This document shows, in pieces, positions 31,210 to 40,200 of a stretch of DNA of 64,000 nt. Below the pieces are notes generated by a model. It did not search any database. It was not told the origin of the DNA and worked only from the letters and a program-made list of their open reading frames with translations. Numbering within the stretch: the first letter of the stretch is position 1; each line of letters starts with the position of its first letter. The DNA lies in assembly GCA_000165345.1 (NCBI GenBank), contig CM000436.1, positions 128,001 to 192,000 of the forward strand. Direction: 5' to 3'. The translations under genes were made by a program, and so were the position numbers.

Positions 31210-34200
31210 ATGGGGAAAAAATTCAAAAGTTTGATTAAACAAGAAGATGTTCAAGAATGGGACTTCCAAAGTAAGTATTCAGAAAGTTCAATAAGACAAG
31301 TATTTTTATCTTATGATAAAAGTGTAGATGACCAATTAAGATTAATTGTTCAAACAAATGAGACATCATCAATAGAGATAATACAATTTTCTGATGAAAA
31401 CAAATTATATAGCAGAACATGGTGTCCACAAGAAAATAAAATAGAGGAAGAATTTGATTTTATGCAGATGTCGTCATGTTTATATACAAAGGATTATGTA
31501 TGTATAGGATTTTCAAATGGAAGTGTGAGATTATATAATTTTCCAAAATCTAAATCATCAAGGAATGAGGAATTAATAGAGAAAGATAGTGAAGATAAAA
31601 TTCATGATCATTATTATAATACAATGTTTGGAGATTCACAAGAGATGGAAGAAGATAATGAAAGTAGTAAATTTTGGTTAGACAATCCATCATTAAAGAA
31701 TTTACCTTCAAGACTGTTGATGAAACATATGGGATATCCAATATGTATTAAAGAAAGGAATGGTATTATTTATGTTCTATATGATGATGGAGCCTTAATG
31801 AGTACTAGTATTGAATCAAATATTGGTTACAATGTAATAAGATATGATAAATCTTTCCAGGGTGCTATAAACTTTTCATTGAATCCAGAAGGAGATAAGA
31901 TTGCAGTTTCAACAAGTAATAGAAAGTTAATAGTTTCAAGTTTGGAAATGAGAGAGCTAAATAAAAAGAATGATGATGGGATAAGAAATTGTAAACACTT
32001 ATTTGAGTCTCAAGTATTTAAAAAGTCTTTATTCCAAAAAAGTAAAAAGCTAAAAGATCCATATAATTGTCTAGTTTTAGAATGGAGTAATTGTGGTGGA
32101 TATATATATTTACCAGGAGAATCTGAAATAAGGGTAATATCATTAAACGAGGATCCAAAAGAAATTAAATACTTTAGTTTAGATTCTGAAAAAAGATATT
32201 TTGGATTCGATATATGTATAATAAAGGAAGTTGAATATAATAAAGATAAGAGAATACTAGTATCTTTATCTCTTCAGAGGGAATTGAAAGTATATATACT
32301 TGAATTAAGAGCGAATGACATTAGAGAAATCAATACATTAATGTTGAATGTAAAAAATAAGAAAGAAACATTTCCAGTATCTTTAGATTTATTATTAATA
32401 AATGGTGAAGAGTTGATCAATAAAGAGAATGAAGAGCAAGATAAGGAGCAAGATTTTTTATATATTTCAACGTTAATGAGTTCTGGTGAATTAATATTGA
32501 ATAAGCTTCAATTAGATTTAAGAACTTACAAAAGTGTAAATTTGGTTAAGAATAAACCAGTTATCCAAAATGATGATATTCTTACTGAAAAGTTGAATAA
32601 ATCAAAAAGATTTGATGAAGAATATGATGAGAAAGATTCTAGAAATAATTTACTTTGGGACGATGTAGAAGAAGCAGAAGAAGAAGAAGAAGAAGAAGAA
32701 GAAGAAGAAAAGAGAGAGAAGATTGATTTTAATAAGGGTGGAAAGATAAATAAGAAAAAAAGTGAAATGAATTATAGTGAAGGTAGAAATATTCAACGTA
32801 GATCTGGGCTTAGGAGGCTTGAAGATGAGGAAAAAATGAGTGAAGATGACATATTTAAAGATACGGATGATTTTGAATATTCTGTTGATGGTGAAGATAA
32901 TATTTCAAGTGGAGATAGAAAACAAAAGGAAATTGATCATTTTAATGGTGAAATGGAAGATGATGGTTTGGATTTTGAAGAAGAGGAAGAAGAAGAAGAC
33001 GAGTATGAATATGAGAGTTGGGATAAGAGAGAATTTGGGAGGCATATTGAACATCTAAAGGGAAGAATAGAAAAATTAAAATCTATTATTAATAATGATA
33101 ATGAGAGTCAACCACCAGTACATCCTGGATATACTGGTGATAATGAAATATTGGACTCACTGAATGAAGAAAATAGAGAGTTTTTGTATTGTTGGAATCA
33201 ATCAGGATATGTATCTTATTCTATAGATGAAGAAGGAAGACCTTCTATAGATATGGAATGTTACAATTCAATGGATGGACCAAAGAAATTACGAGTATAT
33301 GATACTAAAGGATATAATATGGCATGTATTGGTATGGATGGATATTTATTAGGTAGAAAATCTAAAGTATTGGATAATGGATCAGTTGTTTCGTCTATAA
33401 TAGATTACAATATTTGGCGAACGTGGGGAAGAAGTGATAAATCAGGTTGGTCAAAGACTTTACTTAATGGTGAAGATTTGATATGTATGACATGTAACCG
33501 TGATTTTGTAGCAGTAATAACATCATTAAGGTATTTAAGAATATGGAGAAACAGTGGTATAAGTGTTTCAGTGACTAAATTAGTTGGTTCTCCAATTTGT
33601 TGCGTATCAAATGGTAGTTATTTATTAGTAGTAACACAAAGAGAGCCATTTTATACTCCAAGAAATAAGTTAAGATTAGGAGGAAATATACATGAAGGAA
33701 TAATATCTGGAAGATGTAATACATATGAAATATTATTTTTAGATGTTACTCAAGAAACATTAATATATAGTGATATAATGTCAATAACTCCTGAAACTAT
33801 TATAAACTGGTGTGGTATATCAAATAAAGGAGTACCAATAATAAAAGATACTTCAGGCCAAACATTTATGTTATCAAGACAATGGAAGAATCAAAAAGAG
33901 AATTGGATTCCAATAACAAATTTTGGTTTATTAGAATCAAGTACAAGTAGTAAATATTTTATTTTAGGAGTAAATGAGGATCATTTTAATGTATTAAAAT
34001 TACCAGATGGTCTTGAACACCCAATTCCAATAATGGCAAAAAATAATTCAAATCAGAATTATTCAACAATAAAGATACCATTTAATATACCAATTTTAGG
34101 ATTACCTTCAATAACACAATGGATGAATATAATAGAGAATGATCCAACTTTGAATGAATGTATTACTAATAATAATATATCATGGGAGATTATTGATGAA

Positions 34201-34902
34201 TTAAGAATGAAATTAGATTTGATACAAGGTAATATTTCAATGGTGGATGAGTTTTCATGCCATAAAGATTCAAATCAATATAGACAATATAAATTACAAC
34301 GTGAGAAGTTACTAATGAGATTGTATATGAAGTTAGTAATAAAACAATTAGTAGAGCCAGCTTTTGATGTAGTAAGAATGTTTAACTTTCCAAAAAGTTT
34401 TCAGATAGCTTTAGAACAAGCAGAGAAGAGTGGAGAGCGTATTTTGGCTAATAAAATTAGTCAAGAGATTCAGATGAGGTCTAAATATGAGCAAGAGAAA
34501 TCAAATAAAGATTTTAAAGCTGATAATAAGAAAGAATATGTTCATTCTATAGAGGATGATACTTTAAAGCAAAGTAATAAAAATAAGTTCAATATGGAGA
34601 ATATTAATTTGAATGATGAAAGAAATCGTATATTGCCTAGTAATGATATGAACAGCTCTCCATCTACTTCTACTCCTTCTTCATTTACTGGTACTAATTT
34701 ATTATCATCCCCTAAACAACATTTAAAACAACAAATACAGACACTTAAAATGAATAATCCATTTAATACAAGAACAAATTCTGGAGATAATAATTCATCA
34801 TCGAAAAATTTATCTGAAGAAATTGATTATGGAGCTCAACACAAAGAAATTACTCAAACAATTCAATATTGTTCAGAAATTATCAAAAAGAGAAAGGTTT
34901 GA
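31210..34902 (+). CDS. CTF4: Ctf4/AND-1 (WDHD1)-like replisome protein, 1230 aa, with an internal poly-Glu tract
   Basis: The ORF is ATG-initiated and intronless. The C-terminal half is colinear with the Ctf4 SepB/helical region of WDHD1. FVAVITSLRYLRIWRNSG corresponds to LLVTTSDRHLRIFTIGG. INWCGISNKGVPIIKDTSGQTFMLSRQWKNQKENWIPITN corresponds to LAWIGFSAEGTPCYVDSEGIVRMLNRGLGNTWTPICN. QYKLQREKLLMRLYMKLVIKQL corresponds to KEQQELLMKMLALSCKLEREF. The N-terminal part is WD-like. The acidic (GAA)n tract at 32663–32707 encodes EEEEEEEEEEEEE. Confidence 0.5.
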   Translation: MGKKFKSLIKQEDVQEWDFQSKYSESSIRQVFLSYDKSVDDQLRLIVQTNETSSIEIIQFSDENKLYSRTWCPQENKIEEEFDFMQMSSCLYTKDYVCIGFSNGSVRLYNFPKSKSSRNEELIEKDSEDKIHDHYYNTMFGDSQEMEEDNESSKFWLDNPSLKNLPSRLLMKHMGYPICIKERNGIIYVLYDDGALMSTSIESNIGYNVIRYDKSFQGAINFSLNPEGDKIAVSTSNRKLIVSSLEMRELNKKNDDGIRNCKHLFESQVFKKSLFQKSKKLKDPYNCLVLEWSNCGGYIYLPGESEIRVISLNEDPKEIKYFSLDSEKRYFGFDICIIKEVEYNKDKRILVSLSLQRELKVYILELRANDIREINTLMLNVKNKKETFPVSLDLLLINGEELINKENEEQDKEQDFLYISTLMSSGELILNKLQLDLRTYKSVNLVKNKPVIQNDDILTEKLNKSKRFDEEYDEKDSRNNLLWDDVEEAEEEEEEEEEEEKREKIDFNKGGKINKKKSEMNYSEGRNIQRRSGLRRLEDEEKMSEDDIFKDTDDFEYSVDGEDNISSGDRKQKEIDHFNGEMEDDGLDFEEEEEEEDEYEYESWDKREFGRHIEHLKGRIEKLKSIINNDNESQPPVHPGYTGDNEILDSLNEENREFLYCWNQSGYVSYSIDEEGRPSIDMECYNSMDGPKKLRVYDTKGYNMACIGMDGYLLGRKSKVLDNGSVVSSIIDYNIWRTWGRSDKSGWSKTLLNGEDLICMTCNRDFVAVITSLRYLRIWRNSGISVSVTKLVGSPICCVSNGSYLLVVTQREPFYTPRNKLRLGGNIHEGIISGRCNTYEILFLDVTQETLIYSDIMSITPETIINWCGISNKGVPIIKDTSGQTFMLSRQWKNQKENWIPITNFGLLESSTSSKYFILGVNEDHFNVLKLPDGLEHPIPIMAKNNSNQNYSTIKIPFNIPILGLPSITQWMNIIENDPTLNECITNNNISWEIIDELRMKLDLIQGNISMVDEFSCHKDSNQYRQYKLQREKLLMRLYMKLVIKQLVEPAFDVVRMFNFPKSFQIALEQAEKSGERILANKISQEIQMRSKYEQEKSNKDFKADNKKEYVHSIEDDTLKQSNKNKFNMENINLNDERNRILPSNDMNSSPSTSTPSSFTGTNLLSSPKQHLKQQIQTLKMNNPFNTRTNSGDNNSSSKNLSEEIDYGAQHKEITQTIQYCSEIIKKRKV

Positions 34903-35551
34903 CTAAATGTATTAAAAAATCAATTTTATTACAGATTTATTAGTATTAAATGTGTTTGCACATACATAAATAAACATTCTACTTGAAATAACTGAACACA
35001 ATATTAGATTACTAGATTTACTATTCATTCATTTATTTTTTTTTTTATTTATTTATTGGTTGAGAATTAAGTTAAGTTAGCTTACTGCATTAATTCATAT
35101 TTCTTATTAAATTTGTTTTAAAAAAATTACAACATTAATACATGCGCCCGCTTTTTTACAGAACTTTTTTTTTAATTGAATAAAATTTTAAAGAAAAGTA
35201 ACGGTGAGTACCCGCCAAAAGGAGACGCCCATTTATACAAAAAATAATGAAAAATAAAATAGTAAAAGAAGGGGCGGGCGGTGCTGTCTCAATAATAAAT
35301 AATAATATATTAAAAATGCAAATAAATAATAAATAAATAATATAATAATTAAAAAAAAATAGGAATAAAAAATTTGTCAAGATTGAAATTTAATTTTTGT
35401 TCAGCTTGAAGAGAACAAGTTTTCTTTTTTTTTAAAAAAAAAAGAGTAGAAATTAAATTCACAATAGACAAATAAAAATTAAGGTTGAATTTGTTTATTT
35501 AATAGAAAATCTTTTTGAGTATTTTTTATATTAATTATTATCAAGAAGAAA

Positions 35552-36399
35552 ATGTCTGCAAAGAAAGGTAAGTTATTTTTTATAAATAATATATTTTGGT
35601 TGGTTGGCTAGTTGTATTATTGATTGATTGATTGATTGGTTGGTTAATTTCATCTATAAATCATCCATATTTGGTATATGATTCATCTTTCTATCAATGA
35701 AAGTAATTATAATTTACTTATATAATATATATTCTTTTTCTTTTTATGTCTATTTTAATTATATTTAATAAAAATAGACTAATAATAGAATGAGAATAAA
35801 TGTTAGATTATTATTTTAAGGTAAACTGATCAAATATACATTATATATTTATGTGATTTATAATTGAAATCAGTTTATTAATCAAGTTAATATTATTACA
35901 ACACAACCAACCTATACGATTTTGATAATATTTATTAATATTATTTATAGGTAATACAAAAGCATCATCTACATCTGCAACTAAGGCAAATGCTAAGAAG
36001 ACTGCTCAAGCAGTAAAGAACTCTAAAAGATCTTCAACAACAAAGATCAGAACAAGAGTTCAATTTTACAGACCAAAGACTTTGAAATTACAAAGAAATC
36101 CAAAGTATGAGAGAAAATCCATTAAGACACAAAAGAGTTTGGACTGCTATGATATTATTAAGAGGCCAATTACTACAGAATCTGCAATGAAGATGGTTGA
36201 AACTTTGAATACTATTGTATTTTTGGTTAATGAGAGAGCTAATAAGACTCAGATTAAGTATGCTGTTAACAAACTTTATGATGTTAAGGTTGCTAATGTT
36301 AATACTGTTAATACATTTGGGGATGGTAAGAAGGCATTTGTAAAGCTTTCCCCTGATGTTGAAGCTGTTGATGTAGCAAGCAGAATTGGAATTATTTAA
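35552..36399 (+). CDS. RPL23A: 60S ribosomal protein L23a (uL23), 154 aa; exons 35552..35567 and 35951..36399
   Basis: Exon 1 is ATG TCT GCA AAG AAA G, followed by the donor GTAAGT (35568–35573). The 383-bp AT-rich intron contains (GATT)n and (GGTT)n. The acceptor is AG at 35949–35950, and the splice gives G|GT = Gly. The protein is MSAKKGNTKASSTSATKANAKK...RTRVQFYRPKTLKLQRNPKYERKSIKTQKSLDCYDIIKRPITTESAMK...VNTFGDGKKAFVKLSPDVEAVDVASRIGII, colinear with L23a/L25 proteins. The stop is TAA at 36397–36399. Confidence 0.75.
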
Positions 36400-37294
36400 A
36401 TTAGTAGAGAGAGGATCATATATTTCTTTTTCTTTTCTTTTTTCTCCTTGTTTTATTTGGTAGGGATTTTGAATCTATTTATTATTAATTGCAATGTTAT
36501 TATTATATTGTTTGGAATATTTATTCATATTCTAGGTAATATTTTTGAGAGGAAATGGAAATGTAAATAAATGGCACTACAAATACAAAAACGAAATTGC
36601 AAAAATATATAATATTTGTAAACCTCAATTTATTATTAAATAAGATAAGAACATTTTCTTTTTTCTATTATTATAACTCTCAAGGTAGTAACATACTTTA
36701 CTTTAATTAATTAAAATCAATTGTTACTATATAATATATATTATAAAAAAAAGGAAAGATGTAATATTAAAAAAAAATTATCACGATTAATTACAATAAA
36801 CGAGAGATCTTCACTTCTATTTACCTTAGTTTTGTTGAAATATCTAATTTTGCTTAAATTTAAGTACTTATTTCTATTATTTAAGGCCTATATCTCACGC
36901 AAGCAAGGGAAAACACCATTAAAAATAGGGAACATGCGGAATCTTTGCTCTCTCTTTCTCACTATCTCACATCCTTCCTTTTATAAATGAAAGTAGTAAT
37001 ACTGAAAAAGTAAATCTCACTTTTAATCAATATTCAAAACTTTACATTTTTTCGAAATAAAAATAAGCATACAATTTACATGTATATTTATTAAATAAAA
37101 TATATTTTATATACATGCAAAAAAAAAAAGAGGAAACCCGCCCATTCACACATTTCGTTTAGATAACCCACTCCGGATATTGAATTACTTTTGGAATTGA
37201 GGAAAATAAAGGAGTTTTTTTTTTTGTTTTTATTCTTCTTTTTTTTTAAATAGATTAACCAAGTAAATGGATTTAGTCGATTATTATCACTTTT

Positions 37295-40200
37295 TTATGA
37301 TCTTAAGTTTTGTGTACAATAATTAACCAAAGCTACTAAGGCAGCTACTACTTTCTCCATGTTACTGATATTTTTCTGATTAACTTGAGAGGACTTGCAT
37401 ATAAAACAATTATTACACATTCCTCCACTAATGCTACTCACTTTTTGATTTGTAACTAAACATTTTCCAGATCCTCTTACAAATTTATCTAATGATTTTA
37501 AATTGGTTAAATCTGCTTCTGAAGCTTTAAGTAAGAGTTTCATAAGTTCTAAAACTTCTCTTTTGCAACCATCTTTGATTGAGAGTGAGTATTTTTCGAT
37601 GGTTTTTATAGAGATTTTTGATACATCCAAATTTTTTGTATCTAATGTTCCATTTGAATTAAACCTTAATTGGACTTGTTGGCCACCTGACGAAGTAGAT
37701 ATTTGTGGCTTTGGCTGTGGGTATGACGGTGGTTTTTGATATGGTGGTGGTATTTGTGGCTTTGATGGTGGGTATGACGGTGGCTTTTGGTATGGTGGTG
37801 GTATTTGTGGCTTTGGCTGTGGGTATGATGGTGGTTTTTGGTATGGTGGTGGTATTTGTGGCTTCGGTTGTGGGTATGACGGTGGCTTTTGATATGGCGG
37901 TGGCATTTGTGGCTTTGATGGTGGGTATGACGGTGGTTTTTGTGCTAATGGATCATCCGAAGGCATTAATCCTAAATTTGATTTTCCGATACCATCTTCC
38001 AGCAATCTGATTAGTTCTGACTTACTATGATTTACAGAATCAAATAATTCTTGTAAATTTTTAGTATCACCGCTCAAAGAAATATATTCTAAGTATTTTC
38101 CATAAACCTCTTTATCATTTGTCAAGTCTTCAACAGCTGATCTTTTTTTTCTTTTGATTTTAGTTCCCGGCAAAATAGGTACTTTTGGTCTAACAGCAGG
38201 ATCTGGCATTCCGTTTTTTTTTGTTGATACGCCAAATGAAGATGGTATGTTTTTAATAGAAGCTGGTGTTTTTCTCTTCTTTTCCCTTGATTCTTGATGA
38301 TTCTTTGCAATGGCTTCTTCCAAAGCTTCCAAAAGAGCTTCCTTACTATCATTTCCAGTCATTTGTATGAAATCAGCCAAATTTAAAGGTGAATCAGAAG
38401 ATGAGACTGTCCCTACATATTCTAAATACTTTTCTGTAACTTTCTCATCAACTTGCATGTAGTCGTATCCGGAACCAACGCCCCAGCCTCCCTCAGCTCC
38501 TCCGACTGCACCTCCCTCAGCTCCTCCAGTTGCACCTCCCTCAGCTCCTCCGACTGCACCTCCCTCAGCTCCTCCGACTGCACCTCCCCCAGCTCCTCCG
38601 ACTGCACCTCCCTCAGCTCCTCCGACTACACCTCCCTCAGCTCCTCCAGTTGCACCTCCCCCAGCTCCTCCACTCGCTCCAGCTCCTCCACCTACTCCTG
38701 CTCCTCCACCTACTCCTGCTCCTCCACTTGCACCTCCCTCAGCTCCACCACCTGCTAAACTTTGGCTATATTCACCCAGCATACTTAATAAAGCAGCTTT
38801 GTCATAGCCTGAAGCCTTAATCAACTCTTCCAAACTTAAAGAATTTCCTTGTACAATAGACATGTATGCAGCATAAGCCATTAAAACTTCTTCATCACTT
38901 TTAAGCGTACTAAGTAAATCTATTCCAACTTCTGCTCCTTCACCACCTCCACCTCCACCTCCACTAGCTGTGCTAAATAAATTTTGGATAAGCTCACGCA
39001 TTAAATTTAATAAGTAATCCTTATCATAATTTGAAATTTTAATCAAATATTTCAAATCTAAAGGATTTTCTACAGAAGAAGAATATAAATTATAAGTTTC
39101 TATAATTGCTTTATCTGCTAAGAAAACTTCAGCTAAATCAAGAACTTGTTCAGCTTTATCTTCTCGTTTCTTTTGTTCAGAAGGATCAACTGTTGATTGA
39201 GTTTCATTTTTTAAGTTTTGGATAAATATTTTTAAATAATCAACTATGCCATATTTTTCTTCCTTAGCTAAACCCTTAATCTCTTCCAAACTTAAAGCCG
39301 GCTCATCCTTAGTTAAACTTAAATAAACTCCATATAAATTCATTACTTCTTCATCATCTTCATTTGTTCCTTCTCCTCCTCCTGTTACTGCTACACCTCC
39401 TTCTATTCCGCCTGCTGATACAGGCTCATCATGTTGATAATTTTTATCTAAACTATGCTTGAAAAATTGTTTCATTTTACTATTAAACTGATCAATTTCA
39501 TCTTTAGTCACTTCCATACTTGATATAAGATTTCCTAAAGCACCTAAAATACGATTGTACAAACTATAATTAACATATTTTAGTTTGATAAATTCCTTGC
39601 ATATATCAAATAATATTTTACTTCTACGAATTGCTGCTTTATGTACCAAAATTTCTTTCTTTAAAATTTTATCTTCTTTTAGCTTATTAATAGCTTTGTT
39701 CTTCAGTTTTTCTTTTAAGCTAATTAATTTATTCCATTGTTCTCTTAAAGTACTTTCTATTTGTGTTAGATTCAAATCATTACAAATAAATGGAAAATTT
39801 CCCAAATCAAGTAATGATGGATGTATTAACTTTTTAATTGACAATTCTTCTCCAGAAAGATCAGAAATATGTTCCCAAGACGATCTATATTTATTCTTTT
39901 CTTTACAATTTTTCAAAAGATCATTTAATCTTTCCAAAATATCTAAAAATATATTTGAAAGTAAATTTTTTTTTAATATGCTTTCTCTGTAACAATAACT
40001 TTTATTATTTGCTCTGCCAATAGAAGAATTTAATCTAACCAATAATTCCGAAATTGTTGAAATTCTTCGATGAATTAGTAATATCAACTCTGAATTACAT
40101 CCTTCTAAATATTTTACTGCATATTCCACTTCCTTTGGTAATAAAAGTGACTTTAATTCTAGAGCTAAAGATTGAATATTTCTGTTTAAATCGCATCTTA

